A stretch of 63,759 nucleotides of DNA, the filler included, from Octopus bimaculoides (taxonomy: Eukaryota): NCBI RefSeq assembly GCF_001194135.2. It is 7 parts of 6 records of this genome, joined end to end, with 100 filler letters (N's around TTAATTAATTAA, not from the genome) between each part and the next. Parts side by side here need not be neighbours in the genome. Positions count along the whole stretch, not along the records: positions 44,799 to 60,730 come from NC_069003.1; positions 60,831 to 63,759 come from NC_068986.1; 5 more parts are not named here. One strand, written 5' to 3'. Positions 50,429 to 63,730 of this stretch are shown here, one piece after another. Under the pieces are notes generated by a model. The model saw only the letters and a list, made by a program, of their open reading frames with translations. It was not told the origin of the DNA and did no database searches. Position numbers and translations under genes: made by a program. Each line of letters starts with the position of its first letter. Position 1 is the stretch's first letter.

Positions 50429-50759
50429 GTCTAAGTATCTACCGATTCATAAACCTATCTGCTTTCAGTTGATTATTTCTATCTCTTAAGCCAGACTTTC
50501 TCTCAGTCTTGTCTATCTATCAACCTGCCTATCTAGTTATCATAGACTATCTCATATGTCTGCCATATTCGTCTATCTGTCTATCTATTTATCTTTGACT
50601 AATTTGTCTGTCTTATTCGTCTATCTGTCTAGCTCACTTTCTTATCTATCTACCTATCTATATGTCTCGCTGTCCTATCTGTCTGTTGCTCTACGTGTCT
50701 GTCTGTATCTATTTATATCTGTCTACTTGTCTGTTTATCTACATCTAACTCTCTGTCTA

Positions 50760-50807
<48 letters not shown>

Positions 50808-51222
50808 CATGCATCCATGCATCCATGCATCCATGCATGCATCCATCCATCTATCTGTTTACCAGTCTGTTGATATATTTAATTCCTCCTCCAGATCCCA
50901 CCCAAATCTCACCACCGCCGCCACCACCACCACCACTGCCATTAATACTTCTCTCTCTGCTTACACAAGTGACAATTGAACTTGTCATCTCCCCACTTAG
51001 AGCTGCCGTACAAACTAGACGGTAAAACTCTTTGATGTGACTTACCACAGGAAGGTCCTTGTTCCAGACGATCAACAACACCCCAGCCTTGGCCATCCCT
51101 GCTCCCCGTCTCCTGCCTTGTCTGTCTAAACGGTAAAAATCAAAAGCAAGCACACATCAACTATTTATTGGCGCCTCTTATTATCTCATCCGTAACCTGC
51201 AGCTCTTTTACTTTCATTTTGG

Positions 51223-51255
<33 letters not shown>

Positions 51256-51713
51256 NNNNNNNNNNNNNNNNNNNNNNNNNNNNNNNNNNNNNNNNNNNNN
51301 NNNNNNNNNNNNNNNNNNNNNNNNNNNNNNNNNNNNNNNNNNNNNNNNNNNNNNNNNNNNNNNNNNNNNNNNNNNNNNNNNNNNNNNNNNNNNNNNNNNN
51401 NNNNNNNNNNNNNNNNNNNNNNNNNNNNNNNNNNNNNNNNNNNNNNNNNNNNNNNNNNNNNNNNNNNNNNNNNNNNNNNNNNNNNNNNNNNNNNNNNNNN
51501 NNNNNNNNNNNNNNNNNNNNNNNNNNNNNNNNNNNNNNNNNNNNNNNNNNNNNNNNNNNNNNNNNNNNNNNCATATATATACATATATATATACATACAG
51601 GCAGACAAATAGATATAATATACGCACAAGCACACACTTATGAAGACAGACATCACATAAACCCGTGCACACATACACACATACATATATATGAATATAT
51701 ATGTATGAATATA

Positions 51714-51766
<53 letters not shown>

Positions 51767-52060
51767 CATATAATATTATATATATCTTTGTATACACATG
51801 ATGTATATATATGTGTGTGTGTATGCTCCTATTTGTACATATATGAATATGTACATAATATTCATATATACTGATTTATATGTATGTATGTGTGTTATAC
51901 ATACACACATACACATGTATATACATACATACATGCAAACATACATACGTACGTACATAGATATATGCATATATACATACATACATGCACACACACACAC
52001 ACATACATAGTCAGACACACACACACACATACATAGTCAGACACACACACATACCCATAT

Positions 52061-52107
<47 letters not shown>

Positions 52108-53219
52108 NNNNNNNNNNNNNNNNNNNNNNNNNNNNNNNNNNNNNNNNNNNNNNNNNNNNNNNNNNNNNNNNNNNNNNNNNNNNNNNNNNNNNNNNNNNNN
52201 NNNNNNNNNNNNNNNNNNNNNNNNNNNNNNNNNNNNNNNNNNNNNNNNNNNNNNNNNNNNNNNNNNNNNNNNNNNNNNNNNNNNNNNNNNNNNNNNNNNN
52301 NNNNNNNNNNNNNNNNNNNNNNNNNNNNNNNNNNNNNNNNNNNNNNNNNNNNNNNNNNNNNNNNNNNNNNNNNNNNNNNNNNNNNNNNNNNNNNNNNNNN
52401 NNNNNNNNNNNNNNNNNNNNNNNNNNNNNNNNNNNNNNNNNNNNNNNNNNNNNNNNNNNNNNNNNNNNNNNNNNNNNNNNNNNNNNNNNNNNNNNNNNNN
52501 NNNNNNNNNNNNNNNNNNNNNNNNNNNNNNNNNNNNNNNNNNNNNNNNNNNNNNNNNNNNNNNNNNNNNNNNNNNNNNNNNNNNNNNNNNNNNNNNNNNN
52601 NNNNNNNNNNNNNNNNNNNNNNNNNNNNNNNNNNNNNNNNNNNNNNNNNNNNNNNNNNNNNNNNNNNNNNNNNNNNNNNNNNNNNNNNNNNNNNNNNNNN
52701 NNNNNNNNNNNNNNNNNNNNNNNNNNNNNNNNNNNNNNNNNNNNNNNNNNNNNNNNNNNNNNNNNNNNNNNNNNNNNNNNNNNNNNNNNNNNACAAATCC
52801 ATGTTAACTGAATTTATCTTCTTCTCTTCCCCTCTCTCACTTCCAGTATTCCCATTACCGTCACTCCTCCTACTTCTCTTTATCATCTCACTCACTCTGC
52901 CTTCCACCTTCGCGCGGGCACACGCACATACTCTTTGTCTTCTTTCTCTTTTCTTTTTTTTTCTCTGTAACTATCTGTCTGTCTGTCTGTCTGTCTGTCT
53001 CACTTCAATTCAACATTTCAGCTTTTATTCTTGGTCTCATCGCGCGCGCGCGCGTTGTATGCATGCACCTCTCTCTCTCTCTCTCTCCCTCTCTCTCTCC
53101 GTCTGTATCTATCTATCTCCCCACATACTTATCTTTTGTGTACGTTTGGATCATCCATCCATCCATCCATCCATCCATCAATCCATCCACACACACACAC
53201 ACACGTATATATTATCATC

Positions 53220-53580
53220 TGCTTGTTTCAGTCATTAGACTGCGTTCACGCCGGGGCACAGCCTTGGAGAATTTTACACGAACAAATCATCCCCAGTACT
53301 TTTTTAAAGCCTGGTTCTTATTCTATCGGTGCCTTTTGCACAACCACAAGATTACGCGGGCGTTAACAAACCAATACCGGGTGTCCAGTGGTGGTAGGAA
53401 CAAATACACACACACATGCGCCCCCTCATACACACGCACACAAAAGTCACACGGACGCATAACTATATACACACATAACTACACACACATATATGCATTT
53501 GCACAAGGTGCCACACAGTAGGACTGAACCTAGTATCATGCGGTTGGGAAGCAAGCGTCTTACTACACAACCACATTTGC
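53220..53580 (-). mobile_element. Family B SINE with expanded internal (CA/TA) tract
   Basis: Head and tail segments homologous to 50428-50255 and 48992-48670. Confidence 0.7.
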
Positions 53581-53647
53581 GCCTATATATTTTTGTGCCT
53601 CTCGTGTTCTCATGCATTTTTTACACTTTGCACACACACACACGCAC

Positions 53648-53693
<46 letters not shown>

Positions 53694-54579
53694 ACACACA
53701 CGCATACACACAGACACACGTATGAAAGCACTATTCGATATCCGTAGCTGATGACGGCCAATGACACAGAAATGCATGCGTCTTGCAATCTGATGGCGTC
53801 ATTCATAGCCAGTTGGTGTAAATGGTGTATTTTCCTAGATATTAACTACAAGCAAAATCTTTGGGTGCAGAATGTGTGTGTGTGTGTGTAATTATTCAGT
53901 TTTATTTCAAGATTCCTTGCCAGTAGAGAAAGAGCCGGTTTCTAACCTAGATTCAAGGCTCCTTTATTGGAATTTCAACAACACCAGCAGGGTACTTTTG
54001 TATTATGTATATGTGCGGATTTGTATGTTTTGCTTTATGCATGTATTCTCAAGTTTATAGTTGCATCTCTAGCCATACTCATATGTACTTAAATGATAAA
54101 CTTCTGGATAGTTTTACAGATTTTTACAGTTCCATTGGTGGCAAGGATCTACAGTCTTTGAATCAACTTTCCCCTTTCTGGTTTTGAGAAGCCTAATTTC
54201 TCAAGAATGGTATTTAGGCAGTGTGTTACATATCCCAGGGCCCGAACAATTACAAGTATAAACCTGAAGTCGTAATCTGGATAGAGTAACTGTAGATTTC
54301 TCAATAGGTCACACGCACACACACATTGCTTGTCAGATAAATTACTTCATTTTTATTGCTACATTACACTCTATCGTCATACATCTGAAAAGCGGTAAAA
54401 TTTATTCAAATTTCTAGAAGTTGTAGAGGAAGAACAGAGCCACGAAAACACCATAAAATAATGCAATATTTCTCGCTCATGCAATAACATTGGAAAAGAT
54501 TAACATGTATGGGGTGGGGGAATGGACGAAGTTATTAACAGACCTATCTATCAATCTATCTACCCACATGAGATGAAGT

Positions 54580-54870
54580 GTTTTGCTCAAGAACACAACG
54601 CCCAGTCCAGGAATTGAAACCACAATCTTACGATCATGTGTCCAATACCCTAACCACTAAGCCACGCGTCTTCAAAGCTAAGTGCTGACTAGATGACATG
54701 GTATGCCAAACGTGCCAAGCCAAACGGAGGGGTTTTCGTTACGAATGTGTGAGCATGGCTGTATGGCAAGAAGACTGTTTCGCAACCACACGGATCCGGG
54801 TTCAGTACCACAGCGTGGCACTTTGGGCCAGTGTCTTCAACTATAACTCCGGGCCGACCAGGAAAGGGAC
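54580..54870. mobile_element. Family C SINE head (minus) and family B SINE head (plus)
   Basis: A/B boxes TGGCTTAGTGG...GGTTTCAATTCC on the minus strand, and GGCTGTATGGCAAGAAG...GGGTTCAGTACC on the plus strand. Confidence 0.65.
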
Positions 54871-56057
54871 CAAATAATACGCACTTTGCAAATAGAATAC
54901 AAGAAAACAAAACAGCAAAAAACATTTCAGATCTTTCTTAAATTTAACACGTAAATCTTGGCCATTATTGTTATCTAAATTCCATAGATGAAGGTTTGGT
55001 TTTGCGTTTGAAAACAGTAGCTTCTTCACAGGGTAAGAATTTCAATAATTAGAGAAACAAGATAAGACAGGCATTGGAAATTATAGACGATTAATAGAAT
55101 TGCATAAATATCTAAAACATTCCAGAACTTTAGTGTAAAGAAAAGAATGTACATATGCACACGCAAAGAGACATGAATATATANNNNNNNNNNNNNNNNN
55201 NNNNNNNNNNNNNNNNNNNNNNNNNNNNNNNNNNNNNNNNNNNNNNNNNNNNNNNNNNNNNNNNNNNNNNNNNNNNNNNNNNNNNNNNNNNNNNNNNNNN
55301 NNNNNNNNNNNNNNNNNNNNNNNNNNNNNNNNNNNNNNNNNNNNNNNNNNNNNNNNNNNNNNNNNNNNNNNNNNNNNNNNNNNNNNNNNNNNNNNNNNNN
55401 NNNNNNNNNNNNNNNNNNNNNNNNNNNNNNNNNNNNNNNNNNNNNNNNNNNNNNNNNNNNNNNNNNNNNNNNNNNNNNNNNNNNNNNNNNNNNNNNNNNN
55501 NNNNNNNNNNNNNNNNNNNNNNNNNNNNNNNNNNNNNNNNNNNNNNNNNNNNNNNNNNNNNNNNNNNNNNNNNNNNNNNNNNNNNNNNNNNNNNNNNNNN
55601 NNNNNNNNNNNNNNNNNNNNNNNNNNNNNNNNNNNNNNNNNNNNNNNNNNNNNNNNNNNNNNNNNNNNNNNNNNNNNNNNNNNNNNNNNNNNNNNNNNNN
55701 NNNNNNNNNNNNNNNNNNNNNNNNNNNNNNNNNNNNNNNNNNNNNNNNNNNNNNNNNNNNNNNNNNNNNNNNNNNNNNNNNNNNNNNNNNNNNNNNNNNN
55801 NNNNNNNNNNNNNNNNNNNNNNNNNNNNNNNNNNNNNNNNNNNNNNNNNNNNNNNNNNNNNNNNNNNNNNNNNNNNNNNNNNNNNNNNNNNNNNNNNNNN
55901 NNNNNNNNNNNNNNNNNNNNNNNNNNNNNNNNNNNNNNNNNNNNNNNNNNNNNNNNNNNNNNNNNNNNNNNNNNNNNNNNNNNNNNNNNNNNNNNNNNNN
56001 NNNNNNNNNNNNNNNNNNNNNNNNNNNNNNNNNNNNNNNNNNNNNNNNNNNNNNNNN

Positions 56058-56089
<32 letters not shown>

Positions 56090-56121
56090 GGACATGTATA
56101 TATATATATACGTATATACAT

Positions 56122-56164
<43 letters not shown>

Positions 56165-56546
56165 TACACAGGCGCAAACACAAGTATATATATGCGCACG
56201 CACACATACGCACTCGCGCGCGCGTATACGTATGCATAGTCATTGACATGCATATTTAAATACATAAATGCATATATACATTCATGCTAATATGCACACA
56301 CAGATAATATACACTCCTATGCATGCATGCAGGCATACATACATACATACATACATACATGTATGTATATATATATATATTATTATATTTATTTTGGAAC
56401 CACACATGCATATATATGTGTGTACGAATGTATGTGTATGTGTGTTTGTATGCACATATGTATCTGTGTGTGTGTGTACATTCATGTTTATGTATGTATG
56501 TGTTTATGTTTGTATATATGTATATATGTGTGTGTGTGTGCATATG

Positions 56547-56592
<46 letters not shown>

Positions 56593-56602
56593 NNNNNNNN
56601 NN

Positions 56603-56667
<65 letters not shown>

Positions 56668-57299
56668 ACCTATGTGTATATATGTATATATGTATTTATA
56701 TGAGTATATGTATGTGTGTGAGTATGTATGTGTGTATATATGTGCGTATACATGAGTATATATGATTATACACATTTATCTCAGCACTTTTTGTAGAAAT
56801 ACAAGATTAACCCCCCTTTACGATCCCATTTTTTACATAACATTCCTCTCCAATTTTTTATCGGATTTAAATCATCTTATTATCTCCCAACTTTACACTC
56901 TGAATTTTCTTTCTTTTTTCTTTCCTTCTTTTCTTCCCTTCTTGTCCAACGTACTGTCTAGTAGCGTCCTAATCTCCAACGACTTTTTCAAATAAATTCT
57001 CCATCTATAGTTCTCATATTCAGTTAAAATGTCTTACGTTTAAGCTAGTTCCCATGCATTTCCCTGAAGAGAAGATTACATTTTTAACATCACCGATTCC
57101 TATGGAAGATATAATTTGTAATCTTCGAAACATATGTTGGAAATAAAAGTATGCAGTTAACATATGCGTTTTACTCCATTCACTAAATTTATATATATAT
57201 ATATTTATATATATATATGTATANNNNNNNNNNNNNNNNNNNNNNNNNNNNNNNNNNNNNNNNNNNNNNNNNNNNNNNNNNNNNNNNNNNNNNNNNNNN

Positions 57300-57340
<41 letters not shown>

Positions 57341-57569
57341 TTGGATGTGTATATATATGAAACTTCGAAGCCACTGCCAGCTACTTTCTTGTATAAGAAT
57401 GATAAATTTGTCTTCTAAAAAAATATAGAGAAACCCAACAGATTAATGTAAAATTGTTTTTATCATAAAACAGAAAGACAATTATAAAATAGAAACACCA
57501 CAGAAACACAGAATGGACTGAACAGAACAGTTTTTATTATAACTGAACGTAACAACAAACATCGAGAAT

Positions 57570-57622
57570 GCTTAATACTGACGCATCAATTTCGGCAATT
57601 TCCGTCGCCTCACCAGTTAAGC
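57570..57622 (-). ncRNA. Type I hammerhead ribozyme motif with one core substitution
   Basis: Reverse complement reads GCTTAA CTGGTGA GGCGA cggaaa TTGCC GAAA TTGA tgcg TCAG TA TTAAGC. Stems I, II and III all pair; the core is CUGGUGA instead of CUGANGA. Confidence 0.7.
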
Positions 57623-57824
57623 CAGCTCGCTTTTGGCACTTTCCGGACTCGCTTCGCCATTAGTATTTATTCTTTCGTCATACAAATAGTTGAATGATTC
57701 AGAGATTAGTTAAATCATAAATAATTGGAAAATTTAACGAATCGCTAAATCATCCAATTGGTTAGATGACGTAAACATAAATACTAATGGCAATGCGAGT
57801 CCGGAAAGAGCCAAAGGTAAGCTG

Positions 57825-57877
57825 GCTTAACTGATGAGGCAACAGAAATTGCCGAAAATAACGCGTGAATATTAAGC
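57825..57877 (+). ncRNA. Type I hammerhead ribozyme motif (intact core, weak stem III)
   Basis: Reads GCTTAA CTGATGA GGCAA cagaaa TTGCC GAAA ATAACGCGTGAA TA TTAAGC, with a perfect core, stem I and stem II, and a palindromic ACGCGT in stem III. Confidence 0.72.
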
Positions 57878-57881
57878 ATAT

Positions 57882-58265
57882 AAAGTTGTAGTCTACAGGT
57901 GCCGTGTTATAGCACCATGCTTCCACTAAACAAAAGTATATATCGGCAGTACCGTAAATTTCAAGCACCGCTACCCTGCGCACATGACCTCTTTCTCCAA
58001 TCCAAATTTTAAATTATCAACCTCCTTAGCAACTTATATACACAACCTTAAATCTCAAAATATTCCATACACCCTATTTTGGTCCATAGTCAGCGAGGAT
58101 CCCCCATACAATGCAAACATTAACAAGTGTAAATTATGTCTAAAAGAATCACTAACCATTCTTCTCCTTCATAACTCCTCATTACTTAATAGATTCTCTG
58201 ATGTAATTTATTCTTGCAAACACAGATACTACTCATCTTTCACGTACTTTACTAAATCTATGTAA
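57882..58265 (+). mobile_element. Penelope-like element GIY-YIG endonuclease fragment
   Basis: A single frame reads KVVVYRCRV...*TKVYIGSTVNFKHRYPAHMTSF...TSLATYIHNLK...WSIV...CKLCLKE...LLNR...CKH. Confidence 0.82.
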
Positions 58266-59201
58266 TCTCATAACTTTAAGTATACATACCCAAAATAACC
58301 TTAACTAAGACAAAGTCAGCCTAGCAACCTATTACTTAAAAAAATACTACCCAACTGCTTATTCTTTCTCATACACACATTTTCAAATTCTTCCAAATTC
58401 CTTTAATCGACTATTTCCCATATCCTTTTTAGTCGCCCTACCTCCCACCTTCAAAAAGTACTTAACACTACCCTACACCTTTGAAAACTGCCCAATCTAC
58501 TTCTACCCCTTCCGATTCACATCCCTCTATTCAATTTCATACAACTCTCCATACCATAACACCCCCTCCAATACCGACCCAATTCCTTTGCCTCACTAAC
58601 AACTACTATTTTGATCATCTACTCACTTCCCACTCTATCCCCCTCTTTCTTCTCTCATACCTCTCTACATATCTTAGCTACTGAACTAGTTAACTTATTT
58701 CCATCAAATAATGGCCATTCCCACTTTCACAATCTCAACCTTTAACTCTATAGCCTTCATACAATCTAACACAAAAGTTACCATTCACATACTATCTAAA
58801 GCACCCTTCCCTCTTCCTCGCACCTTCCACTTCAACTAGTATGACTCCCTACTAGCCTCATTAATAACCCCTAACCCGGAAATTTATTTTCTCCTCCCAC
58901 TACTTTCTATCTAAGTACATCCCAACTCTTTCTTCTAATACACTTAGTCCTCTACAAAATCATTCCATCTTTAATCTCCTTTCTGTCAACACCTCAAATG
59001 TAAAACTTCTTTCCTGAAGACGGAGGCTGGTATTATCCGATGATGGGATCAATTTACAATCATTATTTTGGACCACCAAGCCCCCAGAAACAACCCCTTT
59101 CATTCTTGATATCATTTCTATTCTGTGTAAGTCGGACCTTTTTATATGTATTAAATGTATTTAATATTTTTTGTATATCGACTTGCCTAACTTGTTTATC
59201 A

Positions 59202-59232
<31 letters not shown>

Positions 59233-59727
59233 GTAAGAACCAAGGATCTAAGTTTAGGAAGTTAGTAAGCTTCGAGCAGTCTGTAGAATGTATAAAAAAC
59301 AACTTTCAGGCGCAATAGTAGTTTGTTGGCGTAGAAAGTTTGTAAATTTTTCCCATATCGAAGTTTGATAAGGTAAAAGAAGTTATTTCATAGTTCACGG
59401 TTCGCCACTAGGATTGCTATGTATGCGAATAAAAATCCAAATTGAGAGAATGGAGCAACTAAAATCCAGGCTAAATATATTTCCTAGCTAGCAGAACCAC
59501 GGAGGTAGTAATTACTCAACGAGGGGTACTCCACTAGCTAATCATCAGGCTGAAGTTACCTTGGTTATATACACACACATACACACACAGTGCATAAAAT
59601 ATGTATATACATACATATTATATTTACATGTATAAGAATATATTATTTACACACACACATATTCATACATATATATACATGTGTGTATGTCCAGATACGT
59701 AGATATATATATATATATATAAATATT

Positions 59728-59951
59728 TATTTCTTTATTGCCCACAAGGGGCTAAACATAGAGAGAACAAACAAGGACAGACAAAAGGATTAAGTCGATT
59801 ACATCGACCCCAGTACGCAACTGGTACTTATTTAATCGACCCCGAAAGGACGAAAAGCAAAGTTGAACTTGTCAGAATTTGAACGTAAAGACAGACGAAA
59901 TACCGCTAAGCATTTTGCCCGGTATGCCAACGTTTCCGCCAGTTCGCCGCC
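59728..59951 (-). mobile_element. Full-length family A SINE with the type-1 tail
   Basis: Head GGCGGCGAACTGGC, core, and tail gccccttgtgggcaataaagaaata. Confidence 0.88.
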
Positions 59952-59987
59952 ACACACACACACACACACACACACACNNNNNNNNNN

Positions 59988-60042
<55 letters not shown>

Positions 60043-60830
60043 CTGTGTGTGTGTGTATGTATGAATATGTATGCATATATGTGTGTGTGTGTGGGGGGTA
60101 CAAATAAAGATGTATGTTTGTATATATATATCCTTGTATGTTGATAGATGTGTGCGTGTCAGTGAGTGTATGTAGCATTTGTGTTTGTATACACACACAC
60201 ACGCTTATAAAAGCGGAGCTATATATATATGTGTGTGTGTGTGTATGTGTGCGCGCACACACACACATCCTTTCGGATATTAAAGGATTTATTCACCGAC
60301 ATTGATATGTCTCATTCAGTTTACTTCGCGATATAAATGGGCGTGTGTATATTATATTTGTTTATGTGTATATAATGTATACACACATGTATAGCCACAC
60401 ACACTTATATATGTTTATGAATGAATGCATATTATAGAGTGTATATTAATGTCTATGCGGATATGTATATATGTTAACATGAAACACGGGTAGTGGTGTT
60501 CTGAGCTGTCCAACTTTTATTACTTTACTCCACATACACAAACGCGCGCGCGCAATTGCGCACGCGCACAGCCATATTTTCACTCACAATTTGTCCCAGT
60601 ACAATAATCGTATATATACACATTCTTTATAATATTATCTGATATAAAAACGCGTTTATTATTTTCTAGATATTATTTGATATCATCGGAATGAAGTGGG
60701 AGATCCTGGCGATAAAAATTTATATACATANNNNNNNNNNNNNNNNNNNNNNNNNNNNNNNNNNNNNNNNNNNNTTAATTAATTAANNNNNNNNNNNNNN
60801 NNNNNNNNNNNNNNNNNNNNNNNNNNNNNN

Positions 60831-60865
<35 letters not shown>

Positions 60866-61076
60866 TCAGACAAATACATAACAAAAACACCAGGACTTCC
60901 AAATGTATATAACATACAGAAAATTGCACTACTGGGTACTGCACACATTCTACGCAAAACACTTTCAATACAGTAAGCATAAGAGCACCACAGCAAACCA
61001 CTGCACACACCCAAGGCGCACAGAGCTGCGCTCGGTAGTGAAGTGAAGGCACGTTATAAAAATAAAACTACTGAAC
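60866..61076 (+). mobile_element. Short REL LINE 3' end flanked on both sides by (TAA)n
   Basis: Translates DKYITKTPGLPNVYNIQKIALLGTAHILRKTLSIQ*; the 3'UTR has the hairpin GCGCA-cagagc-TGCGC at 61016-61031. Confidence 0.85.
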
Positions 61077-61660
61077 AATAATAATAATAATAACAGCATG
61101 GATGTGCTACACCGGCTCCCTATACAAAAACAAATCTAATCCAATAACATCGATGGAATTAGGCAAAAGAACCGGTGGAACATTTGAATGAAGCGGTCTT
61201 TTAACGAAGATAATTTTTAAAAGATGAAATTTTACTGCCATACAAAGCACAGGTTCTCCTATGCACGATGTCTCAGTGAAACACGTGCGATCATACGCGC
61301 AAAATCAACACCGGAAAGTTTACAAACTATATAAAAGAGAAATGGAACAAAATAGTAAGTACATATATTGAATAATAACGCATACACTCGAACGTCTACA
61401 CAAAGATATATACGTTTTGATACCCATAGAGCTACACATGCATCTTAATGTTTACACAACTACGTGAAAATCACAGGACACACTCACGCATACGAAAACA
61501 CATATCACAAACGAAGCTAAAGCAAAACTCTTTTTTCTTCTTTATTTATTTTCATTTTGTGAACAAACACAGAGTGAACCATTCATAAGTTTAAAACGCC
61601 ACAAAAAAATACCCTATGCCCGGAGATAAATCTATCAACAAAAAAATACAGACGAATACC

Positions 61661-62053
61661 GATCTGCTAGCCTTAAGAAACAACGCTACGACCAATGTTT
61701 ACATGCTGAGAACTCGGTGACGGTGTTGTCTCAAAAATTGACCCTAACCAGACAAATCCGTCCCCTAATGTCAACGCCAAAGCTCGTCATGCCTCAATGA
61801 TAACAAAGCAGACTACAAACCAGATTGGTCGTCGACCGAATCACAAAGAGCCACGTACTCGATATAGATCTGTTAGCCTTAAGAAGCTACGTCACGAGAG
61901 CTCGGAGACGGTGTTGTCTCAAAAAATTAATCATAAACAGACAGATCCGTTTCCTAGCGTCACCGTCGAAGCTTGTTATGCCTCACTGTAAACAAAACAA
62001 AATACAAACCGAAATGGTCATCGACCGTATTATAAAGGATCACATACTCGAAT
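61661..62053 (+). repeat. Diverged tandem dimer, unit about 206 bp
   Basis: Conserved blocks gatctg.tagccttaagaa, gacggtgttgtctcaaaaa and ggtc.tcgaccg recur at about 206-bp spacing. Confidence 0.7.
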
Positions 62054-62183
62054 AATGAAGCAGATCCGAGACGAGAAATCTGCTACTGGTTCAAATCTTC
62101 CCGACCCACATAGGAGCTGGAAGTACCACACAACCGGAATATTCCAACAGATGGCCACCCATGCTCATCACCAAATAATAATG

Positions 62184-62291
<108 letters not shown>

Positions 62292-63193
62292 GTTTTTGTT
62301 GTTGTTGTTGTTATTATCATTATTATTATCATTATCATTAGTTACCACTTATTTTTGANNNNNNNNNNNNNNNNNNNNNNNNNNNNNNNNNNNNNNNNNN
62401 NNNNNNNNNNNNNNNNNNNNNNNNNNNNNNNNNNNNNNNNNNNNNNNNNNNNNNNNNNNNNNNNNNNNNNNNNNNNNNNNNNNNNNNNNNNNNNNNNNNN
62501 NNNNNNNNNNNNNNNNNNNNNNNNNNNNNNNNNNNNNNNNNNNNNNNNNNNNNNNNNNNNNNNNNNNNNNNNNNNNNNNNNNNNNNNNNNNNNNNNNNNN
62601 NNNNNNNNNNNNNNNNNNNNNNNNNNNNNNNNNNNNNNNNNNNNNNNNNNNNNNNNNNNNNNNNNNNNNNNNNNNNNNNNNNNNNNNNNNNNNNNNNNNN
62701 NNNNNNNNNNNNNNNNNNNNNNNNNNNNNNNNNNNNNNNNNNNNNNNNNNNNNNNNNNNNNNNNNNNNNNNNNNNNNNNNNNNNNNNNNNNNNNNNNNNN
62801 NNNNNNNNNNNNNNNNNNNNNNNNNNNNNNNNNNNNNNNNNNNNNNNNNNNNNNNNNNNNNNNNNNNNNNNNNNNNNNNNNNNNNNNNNNNNNNNNNNNN
62901 NNNNNNNNNNNNNNNNNNNNNNNNNNNNNNNNNNNNNNNNNNNNNNNNNNNNNNNNNNNNNNNNNNNNNNNNNNNNNNNNNNNNNNNNNNNNNNNNNNNN
63001 NNNNNNNNNNNNNNNNNNNNNNNNNNNNNNNNNNNNNNNNNNNNNNNNNNNNNNNNNNNNNNNNNNNNNNNNNNNNNNNNNNNNNNNNNNNNNNNNNNNN
63101 NNNNNNNNNNNNNNNNNNNNNNNNNNNNNNNNNNGATCTTATGTATATATATATACATATATGGTGGGGTATATATATATATGTATATATGTA

Positions 63194-63497
63194 CAGGGCG
63201 TGGTGAATAAACTCTCGTCTAAATTACGCAAAAATGAAAATAACATTGACCTCTCATTTTAACAGATATATTTACCAAAATCACATAAAGATATCTTGAA
63301 ATACTAAACAGTAAATGTATTCAATAAAACCACTGTTAGCTCCAACCACATCTTCCGGACGACTTTGGAACCTCCTGCAACTCTTCTGGACGTTCTCCTT
63401 GTTTAAGTTGAATGCTGCCATAATCCTTGCCTTCAGTTCATCTTTGGTGCCACAAGGAGTTTTGTTGGTCTCTGGCTCAACTTCGCTGCACACATAA
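63194..63497 (-). mobile_element. Tc1/mariner-superfamily transposon right end
   Basis: TA|CAGGGCGTGG terminus; transposase C-terminus TKDELKARIMAAF...CRRFQSRPEDVVGANSGFIE; truncated by a SINE. Confidence 0.7.
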
Positions 63498-63512
63498 TAA
63501 TCAATCAGTTAA

Positions 63513-63730
63513 GGCGGCGAGCTGGCAGAAACGTTAGCACGCCGGGCGAAATGCTTAGCGGTATTTCGTCTGCCGCTACGTTCTGAGTTCAAATTCCGCC
63601 GAGGTCGACTTTGCCTTTCATCCTTTCGGGGTCGATTAAATAAGTACCAGTTACGCACTGGGGTCGGTATAATCGACTTAATCCGTTTGTCCTCTCTGTT
63701 TGTAGCCCCTTGTGGGTAGTAAAGAAATAA
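63513..63730 (+). mobile_element. Full-length family A SINE with the type-1 tail
   Basis: A box GGCGAGCTGGCAGAA, B box GAGTTCAAATTCC and tail gccccttgtgggtagtaaagaaata. Confidence 0.92.

Noticed and set aside
53746-53790. CTGATGA...GAAATGCATGCGTC hammerhead-like motif
   Set aside because: Stem II does not pair and stem I relies on wobble pairs.
59014-59095. Third hammerhead candidate CTGAAGA-CGGA...TCCG
   Set aside because: Stem II is plausible, but GAAA is displaced by about 45 nt and no stem I partner is found; at best a disrupted pLTR relic.
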